Shown here: piece by piece, positions 1-8,940 of the stretch
Layout of the letters: each line of letters begins with the position of its first letter
How positions within the stretch are numbered: position 1 is the stretch's first letter
DNA from: an uncultured Acidobacteriaceae bacterium
GTDB lineage: Bacteria; Acidobacteriota; Terriglobia; Terriglobales; Acidobacteriaceae
Direction of reading: 5' to 3'
Length of the DNA stretch: 64,000 bases
NCBI GenBank assembly: GCA_963822015.1
Contig: CAWGGA010000029.1
Location: 30,880-94,879, forward strand
Program-made: the position numbers and the translations under genes
The notes under the pieces: model-generated
The model's database searches: none
What the model was told of the DNA's origin: nothing
Seen by the model: the letters and a program-made list of their open reading frames with translations, nothing else

Positions 1-936
1 GCCAGCAACCAGATGCCGTAGAAGTTGGGATCGATCTCGTACCACCTGAGTCCGTGGCGCGCGGAGACGGGATGGGCATGATGGTTGTTGTGCCAGCCTT
101 CGCCGCCGGTGAGCAGAGCAACCCACCAACTGTTGCGCGAGTCATCGTGGGTTTGGAAGCGGCGGCGGCCCCACATGTGAGTTGCCGAGTTGACGAGCCA
201 AGTGGCGTGCAGGCCGAGCGTAACGCGCAGCACGGCGCCCCACAGGACCATCGCGATGCCGTTGCGCCATCCGCCCCAGATCCATCCACCAGCCAAAAGC
301 AGCACACCGCTGAGCGTGATGGGGAGCCAGTGATACTTGCTGAGCCAGACGTGGAAGCGGTCGCGGCCCAAGTCGGGCGAATAGCGGGAGAGCGCCTCAG
401 TCTGCGCGTGCAACGACTCGCCAAAGAAAATCCATCCGGCGTGCGCCCACCAGCCGCCTTCGCGCGGGGTGTGGGGATCGCCTTCTTTGTCGCTGAGCTG
501 GTGATGGACGCGATGCGTGGAAACCCAGAAGATGGGCCCGCCCTCAAGCGAGAGCGTGGCGCAGACGGTCATGAGATATTCCAGCCACTTGGGAACCTGA
601 TAACCGCGATGCGTAAGCAGGCGGTGATAGCACATGCCGATGCCGACGTTGATGGCCAGCACATAGAGCACAAGCCATGACCAGCAGGCGCTGCCAACTG
701 AACATGAAGAGAGCAGCGAGCGCTCCCACGTGAAAGAGGCCGATGATCACGAGCATGGGCCAACTGAGGCCCGCGTCCACTGCCGCGGCCCGGCCCATGC
801 GAATGAGGCGGCGCGCGGGAGTGTTGTTGAGGATGCGCGCGGAGGGCTGAGCGCCGGATTCATCCGCGGCGGGAACGGGGCCGGTGAGAACTTCAGTGGT
901 GGCGTCAGGGGAAGGTGCGGTGAGGGCAGATGCCAT
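1..936 (-). CDS. Membrane fatty acid desaturase (delta-9 acyl-CoA type); 3' end runs off the window; one indel near 670
   Basis: N-terminus in ORF 544..936; after the frameshift the minus strand reads YHRLLTHR, THRVHHQLSD and GEGWHNNHH, the three His boxes of membrane desaturases. Confidence 0.9.
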
Positions 937-951
937 TGTTTGTTGATTCCT

Positions 952-2502
952 TTAAAAAGTGGCGATGTGCCCACTTATGTCTACCCTAATTGTATAGGAG
1001 AGCAGGCGCACGGTGGCGGTCTGCAATGACTCTTTTGAGGGAGGGGTTATTGGGCGACTGAGGGAGGGGTTATTGGCGACCAGGCCGGCGATGGATTGAG
1101 GGCCGCTGAGGAAGATGCGGGTTGCGTCGCCGCGCAGAACGCGATAGAGGGCGAACTGGCGCTGGGTGGCGCCGCGAAGCTCGAAGAGGAGCTCGCCGCG
1201 GTTGTCGGCCCGCGCATCGACGGCGTCGATGAGCTTCATGCGGGGCGTGTCGTCGAGGTGAGCGGCGTCAGTGACGTTCTTGAGCAACACAGCTATGCCC
1301 CCGTAGAGATCGGGTTGGGCAATGAGGGTAACGAACTTCTCCTGATCGCCGGAACCGGCCGTGTGCGCGGAAAGGACCATGGTGGCTCCCGAGCCGTAGG
1401 CCAGCTCGAAGACGCGAAACTGCTCGTCGAGAAGCGGCGCAGGAGGAGGAGGAACGGGCGTAGCGGTTTTGCGGGCCGAGGCGGATTTGGACCTGGGCCT
1501 GGCAGCGGGCGCAGGAGGCGGATTGAGACCGAGCGCGGTGCGCGCGAGATCCTCCAGGCCGGCCTGCATTTTGGCTTGATCGTCAGGGTTGGCCCAGGTG
1601 TAGTCCCACGGGTGCACAGGGCGGTTGGTCGCGTCGGAGACGGCGACGGTCTGGTGCATGTCGGGCGGCAGGCCCACGAGAGTGGGCAGCACCGGGGCGC
1701 CGTAACCGGCAGCCTTGCCGTAGAAGAGATGCGGGCGGTCGGGATCGGTGACGGTTGAGACATCCTGAACGTAGGCCTCATCGTCGTCGTGGCTCTTCTT
1801 TTTCAGCTTGGGGCCACCGGAGTCGCTGGATGAAGCGGTGCTGGAGGAGCTATCGTCACTGCTATGGAGGGTGGGACGGTCAGGATCGGGCGGGGGCGCG
1901 GAACTGGAGTTGTCGTTACCGGAATTGCGGGTGGACGCATCGCCGCCCGTGTGCAGCGTGGGCCGGTCGGGATCGGGCGGGGGCGCGCTAGAGCCGGAAC
2001 CGCTGCCGGAGTCATCGGAATGGTGCTTGCGGTGGAGGATGGGCTCGTCGTTTTGGGCGTCGTCATCCTCGTCGAGTTTCGCCAACTGCCGCGCTGGGGG
2101 TTTGGGCTTCGGCAGCGGCTTCCATTTGCCGTAGCCGAGCCATCCGCCCTGCCGGGCGGCGGAGCTTTCAACGTCGAAGACGCCGTCTGGCCTGCCGTCT
2201 TTCTGAAGCAGATACTCGACGCCGCCCTGGAGGGCAAGGGGTTCGGGCTGGGCGAGATAGACGCTTGCGTCCTGAAGATCCTGCCCGTCGAAGATGCAGA
2301 CGGGAACGAGGCGGCTGTTTTTGGGGTGCTCTTCGTCGCCGGTCCACTCGAGGACAGCGACGGCGCGGAGCTCAGGCGCGCTTTTGTTGGTGTTGGTGAT
2401 TTGGCCGGGATATTGAGCGGCGGCAGGCAGCGCGGCGAAGGCAGCTACTGCAAGCAGCGCCGAAGCCGTTATCCACAAGCGAGTTGCACCGCGCGATGAC
2501 AC
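952..2502 (-). CDS. Secreted hypothetical protein with Pro/Ser/Asp-rich linker and repeated DPDRPxL motifs
   Basis: Distal part of ORF 952..3336; GTG at 2502 is followed by a signal-peptide-like segment (RLWITASALLAVAAFAALPAAAQ); the upstream part of the ORF is antisense to bcp/mpg. Confidence 0.7.
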   Translation of the reverse strand: MSSRGATRLWITASALLAVAAFAALPAAAQYPGQITNTNKSAPELRAVAVLEWTGDEEHPKNSRLVPVCIFDGQDLQDASVYLAQPEPLALQGGVEYLLQKDGRPDGVFDVESSAARQGGWLGYGKWKPLPKPKPPARQLAKLDEDDDAQNDEPILHRKHHSDDSGSGSGSSAPPPDPDRPTLHTGGDASTRNSGNDNSSSAPPPDPDRPTLHSSDDSSSSTASSSDSGGPKLKKKSHDDDEAYVQDVSTVTDPDRPHLFYGKAAGYGAPVLPTLVGLPPDMHQTVAVSDATNRPVHPWDYTWANPDDQAKMQAGLEDLARTALGLNPPPAPAARPRSKSASARKTATPVPPPPAPLLDEQFRVFELAYGSGATMVLSAHTAGSGDQEKFVTLIAQPDLYGGIAVLLKNVTDAAHLDDTPRMKLIDAVDARADNRGELLFELRGATQRQFALYRVLRGDATRIFLSGPQSIAGLVANNPSLSRPITPPSKESLQTATVRLLSYTIRVDISGHIATF

Positions 2503-2589
2503 TCTGCACTCCCCTCGACCATAATCGAACTGGAAACGAATTGGGCGGTTGCCTCCCGGCCCGCTACCCCTATACCGAGGATATTCCCC

Positions 2590-3063
2590 ATGGAACTGAA
2601 TAAGAAAGTCGCCGACTTCACGCTGCAGACGGACGAGGACAAGACGGTAAGTCTCTCGGATTTTGCCGGCAAGCCTGTCATCCTGTTCTTCTACCCTAAG
2701 GCCGACACCCCCGGATGCACGATTGAAGCGTGCGGTTTCCGCGATACGTTCAAGAAGATCCAGGCGGCGGGCGCCGTGGTGTTGGGCATCAGCCGCGATA
2801 CGCCGCGCGACCAGGCCAAATTCCGGGCGAAGTACGACCTCCAGTACACACTCCTTGCTGATGTAGACGAGAAAGTATGCAAACAGTTTGATGTGCTGAA
2901 GGAAAAGAATATGTATGGGAAGAAAGTGATGGGAATTGAACGGACTACGTTTGTGATCGGGCCGGACCGGACGTTGCTGCACATCTATCCGAAGGTGACG
3001 CCGCAGGGCCATGCGGAGGAGGTGCTGGGGTTGATCAAAGAATGGAACAAGGCGCATAAGTAG
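2590..3063 (+). CDS. bcp: Thioredoxin-dependent thiol peroxidase (BCP/PrxQ peroxiredoxin)
   Basis: FYPKADTPGCTIEACGFRD peroxidatic motif; GIERTTFVI. Confidence 0.95.
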   Translation: MELNKKVADFTLQTDEDKTVSLSDFAGKPVILFFYPKADTPGCTIEACGFRDTFKKIQAAGAVVLGISRDTPRDQAKFRAKYDLQYTLLADVDEKVCKQFDVLKEKNMYGKKVMGIERTTFVIGPDRTLLHIYPKVTPQGHAEEVLGLIKEWNKAHK

Positions 3064-3105
3064 CGAGCCGCCGGGCCGGCGGTTGTACCGTTTTCGCCGC
3101 GCGCA

Positions 3106-3795
3106 ATGAAGACAATGGAGTATAAGGCAAAGGAATTGATCCACAACGGGCGGAAGCCGATTCCCGGGCGGCTGCTCGAGCGCGCGTTCTTTGAGGCAGC
3201 GCCGGAACGCGTGGCGCCGCGGCTGCTGGGCAAGTTGCTGGTGCACAGGACGAGCGCCGGGGTGCTGGCCGGGAGGATTGTGGAGGTTGAGGCGTATCTG
3301 GGCCCGCACCGGAAGCCGGCGGACTCCGCGGCACATTCGTATCGCGGGCCGACGGAGCGGAACCGGGTGATCTTCGGACCCGCGGGATATGCGTACGTCT
3401 ACGCGATTTATGGGCGCTACTTCTGCATGAATATTGTGTGCGAGCGCGAGGGGCGGGCTGGATGTGTGCTGGTGCGCGCGCTGGAGCCGGTGGCGGGTCT
3501 GGAGCAGATGGCGAGGAATCGAGGGTTGGAGCCTGGGGCGGAGGCGCGGGAACTGCCGAGCGGGCCGGGCCGGTTATGCCAGGCGCTGGGCCTCGACCGG
3601 GAGACGCACAACGGACTGGACCTGCTCGATCCGCGGTCGCCCTTGCAGGTGCGCGACGACGGAGTGCGCGTGAAGCAGGTGCTGGTGACCCGGCGCATCG
3701 GCATCCGGCACGCCGTGGAGCTGCCGCTGCGCTTTGTTGTGGCAGGACACGAGTGCGTTTCAGGATCCCGGAAGTTGGCAGGCGAAATCATGTAG
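3106..3795 (+). CDS. mpg: DNA-3-methyladenine glycosylase (MPG/AAG family)
   Basis: GRIVEVEAYLG, D.AAHSYRG, YVYAIYG, SGPGRLCQALG, RIGI motifs. Confidence 0.93.
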   Translation: MKTMEYKAKELIHNGRKPIPGRLLERAFFEAAPERVAPRLLGKLLVHRTSAGVLAGRIVEVEAYLGPHRKPADSAAHSYRGPTERNRVIFGPAGYAYVYAIYGRYFCMNIVCEREGRAGCVLVRALEPVAGLEQMARNRGLEPGAEARELPSGPGRLCQALGLDRETHNGLDLLDPRSPLQVRDDGVRVKQVLVTRRIGIRHAVELPLRFVVAGHECVSGSRKLAGEIM

Positions 3796-4015
3796 TGGGT
3801 CAGTTTGCAAAGCGCATCGCTCAGGGGCTATTGATTCCTGCAAAAGAAATATCCTTGCACCGTCCCTACGGGACTCCGGGGCTGACGTATGGAATTCGCT
3901 TTCCCCACGCTGAAGCGCGGGGCTAACAAACACTGCGCCTCCGGCGCGCTCGACAGGACACTGACTTATACTGAAGCCCGCACCCTTCAAGGGTGATTCA
4001 AACTGACCCACGACC
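3792..4015. mobile_element. Non-autonomous MITE-like element (TIR GTAGTGGGTCAGTTTG) containing REP-like hairpins
   Basis: GTAGTGGGTCAGTTTG at 3792-3807 and CAAACTGACCCACGAC at 3999-4014 (1 mismatch); direct repeat GAAATCAT at 3784-3791 and 4016-4023. Confidence 0.8.
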
Positions 4016-4104
4016 GAAATCATGTTTCGGCGACCGGCGCGGGTAAACTGAATCCGTAACAGACCCAGGGTCTCAAGACCAGGCCCCGAGAGGAATCAGC
4101 CCAA

Positions 4105-4692
4105 GTGAAGCTTACTTCCCTGCTCCCACCCGCCGCCGCGGTCGCCATGATGACTGCGGCCGTGCTTGCCGCCATTCCAGGGGTGCAAGCGACGCAAGAT
4201 CCGCCGCAAGCGGCTGCAGCGGCGAGCCAGGATGGCGCGCCGCCACCGGACATGGCGCCGGGCGACATGCCAATGCACGACTATCCCGCGCCGACGAATC
4301 TGCAGGTACTGCCGAAGAACCTGACAGGCCGCGAGGTGCGCGAGATCATGAAGACGTGGGCCGGCTCGCTGGGGGTTCACTGCGATTTTTGCCACGTGGC
4401 GGACCTGAACAAAATTGGGCCCAATGGAAAGCCGCAGCTGAACTTCGCCGACGACTCCACGTATGACAAGAGGATCGCGCGAATTATGTACACGATGACG
4501 CAGCAAATCAACGCGGACTACATCAGCAAGACGTCCGCGCTCGATCCGGACTCGATGGGCATGAAGGTGAGGTGCGGGACGTGCCATCGCGGGCACGAGA
4601 TGCCGGAGGAGTTCGTGATTCCGCACGAGGGTCCATACGGAGGGCACGGAGGGGCGCCACCCGCGGGAGCTGCGCCGCCGGCGTCGAACTGA
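4105..4692 (+). CDS. Exported diheme c-type cytochrome (resembles photosynthetic reaction-centre cytochrome c subunit-like family)
   Basis: Signal peptide; NLQVLPK motif; two CxxCH motifs (CDFCH, CGTCH). Confidence 0.85.
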   Translation: MKLTSLLPPAAAVAMMTAAVLAAIPGVQATQDPPQAAAAASQDGAPPPDMAPGDMPMHDYPAPTNLQVLPKNLTGREVREIMKTWAGSLGVHCDFCHVADLNKIGPNGKPQLNFADDSTYDKRIARIMYTMTQQINADYISKTSALDPDSMGMKVRCGTCHRGHEMPEEFVIPHEGPYGGHGGAPPAGAAPPASN

Positions 4693-4804
4693 TCCGACTG
4701 GAACGAGCGAAAGAAGCCGGCGCGGCTCGGCCGACGAGGGCGAACCAAGTCCGGCCGGCCGCGAAGGCCGCTTACTTCCTCAGCCGGAATTACACTGGCT
4801 CGGT

Positions 4805-5434
4805 ATGCGGTTGTTTGTGGGGATTCCGTTGGCGGATGCAGCGGAGCGCGAGCTTGCGGCGGTGGTGGGACGGCTACGGCGCGAGGCGAGCAGCGGCGGG
4901 CTACGATGGGCTGCGCTCAAGTCATGGCACATCACGCTGCAATTCCTGGGTAGCGCTACGGAGGAACAACTGGAATGCCTGATGGCGCGGCTGAGCGAAG
5001 TGCGGAGCCCGCCGGTTGAAGTGCAGCTTGGCGAGCTGGGCTGCTTCGATCGCGCGGGCGTGTTCTTTGCCGATGTGGTTGTGACGCCGGAACTGGCCGC
5101 GCTGCAACGGAGCGTGACGGCAGCTACGAGCCGCTGCGGATTTCAAGCCGAGACGCGGGCATTTCATCCACACATAACGCTGGCGCGAGGGAGGAGACAG
5201 GGACCAATGGAACAAGGGGCCAATGGACTAAACCACCCAGGCAGGGAAAAAGGGAACGAGCGCCGCGACGCCGGGGTACGCGAACCGAGGGCTGTCATGC
5301 GGAGTGAGCCCAGTTTGCCGCAATTCACAGCGCATGAGTTTGCGTTGTACGAGAGCCATCTGGGTGAGGGTGGCGCACGGTATGAGGTGCGTCTGCGCGT
5401 AGCGCTGGAAGGTCCAACCGATGCTTCCATTTGA
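4805..5434 (+). CDS. thpR: RNA 2',3'-cyclic phosphodiesterase (2H phosphoesterase)
   Basis: MRLFVGI start; two HxT motifs (WHITLQFLG, FHPHITLAR); LYESHL near the C-terminus. Confidence 0.92.
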   Translation: MRLFVGIPLADAAERELAAVVGRLRREASSGGLRWAALKSWHITLQFLGSATEEQLECLMARLSEVRSPPVEVQLGELGCFDRAGVFFADVVVTPELAALQRSVTAATSRCGFQAETRAFHPHITLARGRRQGPMEQGANGLNHPGREKGNERRDAGVREPRAVMRSEPSLPQFTAHEFALYESHLGEGGARYEVRLRVALEGPTDASI

Positions 5435-5506
5435 ATTCGATCTGTGAACCAGCAGGAGAGCTCCAAAAACGAGAAGCGCAATCGGCCCGATGAATTACGG
5501 GCAGTT

Positions 5507-5536
5507 TGCGGCACGACTGAAGCCGCGCCCTTTCAA
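5507..5536. repeat. REP-like palindrome GCGGCACGACTGAAGCCGCGCCCTTTC
   Basis: Near-identical to 5631-5660 (TGCGGCACGGCTAAAGCCATGCCCCTTCAA) and related to 3971-3990. Confidence 0.65.
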
Positions 5537-5567
5537 GCCGGCATCGAATTGAGGGGTTACGCCTTGG

Positions 5568-5685
5568 AGTATGGGTCAGTTTGAAAAAACATCCCTCGGG
5601 GGCTGAAGCCCCACCTCATTTTCGGCTATTTGCGGCACGGCTAAAGCCATGCCCCTTCAAAACAGATTCAAACTGACCCACTACC
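5568..5685. mobile_element. Second copy of the MITE-like element (short form, ~118 bp)
   Basis: GTATGGGTCAGTTTGAA at 5569-5585 and TTCAAACTGACCCACTACC at 5667-5685; 8-bp direct repeat CGCCTTGG at 5560-5567 and 5686-5693. Confidence 0.82.
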
Positions 5686-5820
5686 CGCCTTGGTTGCGTT
5701 TGGCTGGGAGCGGTGGTGACGGGTATACTGAAGATTCGGCGAGTTGATGGCGCGCGCGGGTGTGCGCGCTTCGGCCGCATGAGCGGCCCCCGAAGACACC
5801 GAAGGATCCGGAGCAGGAAG

Positions 5821-6009
5821 ATGGCACAAGTTTGCGATATCTGCGGCAAAGGGCCGCGTTTCGGCAATAACATTTCACACGCGCACAACATTACCCGGCG
5901 GCGCTGGAATGTGAATCTGCAGGCGGTGAAGGCGATGGTGAACGGCGCGCCCAAGCGGCTGCGCGTGTGCGCGAGCTGCATCAAGAGCGGCAAAGTCGCG
6001 AAGGCTTGA
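5821..6009 (+). CDS. rpmB: 50S ribosomal protein L28
   Basis: [34 protein letters not shown]; AGGAAG just before the ATG. Confidence 0.97.
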   Translation: MAQVCDICGKGPRFGNNISHAHNITRRRWNVNLQAVKAMVNGAPKRLRVCASCIKSGKVAKA

Positions 6010-6038
6010 CGCCCCCCACCCAGATTTGAGGCAATACG

Positions 6039-6069
6039 AACCCCGTCCCGAGCGGACGGGGTTTTGTTG
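6039..6069 (+). terminator. Rho-independent terminator after rpmB
   Basis: AACCCCGTCC-cgagc-GGACGGGGTT stem followed by TTGTTGT; lies between convergent genes. Confidence 0.8.
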
Positions 6070-6119
6070 TGCGCGGAAGAATGGCTTGAGGGCTGCCGCG
6101 AGCGTGTTCCCGGACGGCC

Positions 6120-6530
6120 TTACTCACCAGGGCGGGTGAAGGTGAGCGAGGCGGAGTTGATGCAATAGCGCAGGCCGGTGGGGCGGGGGCCGTCAGGAAA
6201 GACGTGGCCGAGATGACCGCCGCAGCGGGCGCAGGTGACCTCAATTCGGCTCATGCCGAAACTGCGATCCTCATGCTCGACGACGGCTTTGGAATCGGCG
6301 GGCAACATGAAGCTGGGCCATCCGCAGCCAGAGTCGAATTTGGCGCCGCTTAGAAAGAGCAGCGCGCCGCAGCCGGCGCAGTGGTAGTTGCCGGTCTCAT
6401 GATTTTCAGTGAGCGCGCCGGTGAAAGGGCGCTCAGTGCCTTTTTCGCGCAGAACATGATACTGCTCATGCGTGAGCATGGCGCGCCATTCGGCGTCGGT
6501 GTGGACAACTTTTTCCTGGGAATCGCTCAA
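6120..6530 (-). CDS. msrB: Peptide methionine (R)-sulfoxide reductase MsrB
   Basis: [33 protein letters not shown]; TTG start inferred. Confidence 0.96.
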   Translation of the reverse strand: MSDSQEKVVHTDAEWRAMLTHEQYHVLREKGTERPFTGALTENHETGNYHCAGCGALLFLSGAKFDSGCGWPSFMLPADSKAVVEHEDRSFGMSRIEVTCARCGGHLGHVFPDGPRPTGLRYCINSASLTFTRPGE

Positions 6531-6607
6531 TGTGACCCTCCTGGGTACGCGCACGCAGCACGGCGCGATGGGATGCGGCGAGCCGGCCGCTGGATTCGCG
6601 TGGCCGG

Positions 6608-6994
6608 TCAGGCTTCCGCGACAAGCTCGATTTCGACGAGGGCGTTGCGGGGCAGGCGCGAGACCTCGACGGTGGTGCGGGCGGGCACTCCGTCCTCAGA
6701 CTCGAGATAGTCAGCGTAGACGGCGTTCATAGCGGAAAAATCGCCGAGGTCTTTGAGGAATACGGTCGCCTTGACAACGCGGTCGAGGCTGCTGCCGGCC
6801 TCTTCGAGAATGGCCTTGAGGTTTTCAAGCACGCGTCTGGTCTGCTCGGTGATGCCGCCGGCGACGAATTGCTGCGTGACCGGATCGAGGGGGATCTGGC
6901 CGGCGGTGAAGATGAGGTTGCCAACACGCACGCCTTGAGCGTAAGGGCCGATGGCCGCGGGCGCGCCGTCCGTGGTGACGATCAATCGTGTCAT
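6608..6994 (-). CDS. ridA: RidA/YjgF family reactive intermediate deaminase
   Basis: [34 protein letters not shown]. Confidence 0.92.
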   Translation of the reverse strand: MTRLIVTTDGAPAAIGPYAQGVRVGNLIFTAGQIPLDPVTQQFVAGGITEQTRRVLENLKAILEEAGSSLDRVVKATVFLKDLGDFSAMNAVYADYLESEDGVPARTTVEVSRLPRNALVEIELVAEA

Positions 6995-7282
6995 GGGACG
7001 ATTTTATGACGGTAGAGGAGGGATAGAGCAATTCCTGGGTAAGGGAGCCCTGTTGAGGATTGAGAGAGGTCGCCGACTCCTTGTTGTCGCGGCGACTTGG
7101 CGGCAATCGCTTCGGGCTGCAGCAACCCAGGAATTGCTGTAGCCTGTGAAAACGATGCGCCGCAACAGTTGGCCACACTGGTTGCGGAGCGCCGCTGGCC
7201 ACGGAAAGCCAAGGGGCAACTTCTGAGGGAAATTGCCCCTTGCAGTGAGCTGACCGCCTAATACCCAAGCGGAAAAGCCAGG

Positions 7283-7726
7283 TTAGCCGTGGAAGGCAGC
7301 CAGGATACCACCACCGATGGCCATGACCAAGAGCCAATAAGCGGCATTGATGGCGAAGAGATTGACGCGGCGATTCTCGTAAATGTGCTGCGTAAACAGC
7401 GGCGGCGCCATAAAGCCAAGCCAGCAGATGATACCGAGCCTTGCGCCCCCGATGAAGGTCGCGGACCCCGCCCAAACCACGACGTGCGCGATCACATAGG
7501 AAAGCAACAGGACGGCAACAAAGGACGATACCATGCCCAGGGCGGCGTTTTTCGGCTTATCGCCCTCGGCGAAGCCAACCAGCTTTCTCCAGGACTTGCG
7601 GAAGACGACACCGTACCACAGAGCTCCCAGAATCCACTGGGCTACGGCGGAAACCAAGACCATTATCGTGAGGTGCTTGGAAATGAGCACCGAGAACAGG
7701 ATCGCGGAGTAGTTGACAACGTGCAT
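7283..7726 (-). CDS. DUF1761-like membrane protein
   Basis: Four hydrophobic segments with LGALWYG.VF.K.W and LFAINAAY pattern; GGAGGA RBS upstream. Confidence 0.75.
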   Translation of the reverse strand: MHVVNYSAILFSVLISKHLTIMVLVSAVAQWILGALWYGVVFRKSWRKLVGFAEGDKPKNAALGMVSSFVAVLLLSYVIAHVVVWAGSATFIGGARLGIICWLGFMAPPLFTQHIYENRRVNLFAINAAYWLLVMAIGGGILAAFHG

Positions 7727-7932
7727 TCTTGATTCCTCCACAACGGGATTAATGTTCGGCTCCTACGGCACAAAAGCTCCACGGAATTGAATTCACCGAC
7801 GGCCGATCTGACAGGAGTCGCCGCACCCACTCTGCTGCATGGAAGCAGGCAATGTCAAGGTAAAACAGGGGATATGACGCAGAAGTGTTAACCGGCACGG
7901 GCTAGTTAATGGGAGGCGGGTCCGGCGCGCAT

Positions 7933-8885
7933 TTAGCGGCGTTTGAGGGCTTCGAGTTCGTCGAGTGTGCGGGGCCAATCGGAGCCGAGCAGACGCGAAA
8001 GGCTGCGGTCGGCGAGGACTTTGCCGCCGGTCTGGCACACAGGGCAGTAGTTGGTTTCGTTGTCGGCGTAGCGGATGCGCTGGATGGGCGCCGAGCAGCG
8101 CGGGCAGGGCTGGCCGAAGCGGCCGTGAACGGCCATCTCCGGACGAAATGCGGTGACGCCCTCAGGGAACTTTTTCCTGGCTTCGGACGAGAGCCGTGCG
8201 ATCCAGACATCGAGCGTGGAGCGGGTGGCGTCGAAGAGGCGCTCCCAGTCTTCGGGCTTGAGCTTGTGGGTGAGCGCGATGGGCGAGAGGTGGGCGGCGT
8301 GGAGGATCTCGTCGGAGTAGGCGTTGCCGACGCCGCTGATGAGGCGCGGATCGGTGAGGGCGCGCTTGAGGGTGCGGTTTTCCCGGGTGAGCGCGGCGCG
8401 GAAGGTGCTGAGAGTCGTGCCGGGCGCGAAGATTTCGATGCCGCCGGGATCGATGTCGCGGAGGGCGTGTTCGCCGCGAAGCAAGTGAAGCGAGGCGCGG
8501 CGCTTGGAGCCGGCTTCAGTGAGCATGAGGGAGCCGGAGGGAAAGTCGAGGGCAAACAGCGCCTGGCGGCCGGAGAGTTTGGCGTGCGGCGGACGCCAGT
8601 GGAGGCGGCCGGCGATCATGAGATGGATGACGAGCCAAAGCGGTTGCGGCGGCGCCGCCGGGGCCGTCAGAGACGCCGATTTGGGGGCCGCTATCGAGCC
8701 CGATGGCGATGCGCTTGCCGATGCGGCGGAGTTCGCGGACGGTTTTTCCCTCGACCGACTGCGATCGGTGGATCGGCGGTGCGCAGGACGAAGACGCTTT
8801 GCAGGCGGACGCGCTCGAGCGTTTGGCCGAGGATGCGGGGCTCGAGCGCGGCGATGTAGGCGGTGATGTCGGGGAGTTCGGGCAT
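7933..8885 (-). CDS. Fpg/Nei family DNA glycosylase; indels near 8640-8760
   Basis: MPELPD start (ORF 8691..8885); HLMIAGRL, H2TH motif SGVGNAYSDEIL and C-terminal zinc finger CPRC...CPVCQ in ORF 7933..8922. Confidence 0.9.
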
Positions 8886-8940
8886 TGACTAACAGATTGG
8901 AGCGGGAGCGGCGGTCGCGCAACCGATTTCTTGCGCCGTG

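Noticed and set aside
952-3336. 794-aa minus-strand ORF as a single large protein
   Set aside because: Its first ~280 codons are the antisense shadow of bcp and mpg; the credible gene starts at the signal peptide near 2502.
4105-4692. Evidence for phototrophy from the reaction-centre-like cytochrome
   Set aside because: Only two hemes, and no reaction-centre or bacteriochlorophyll genes nearby; such cytochromes occur in non-phototrophs.
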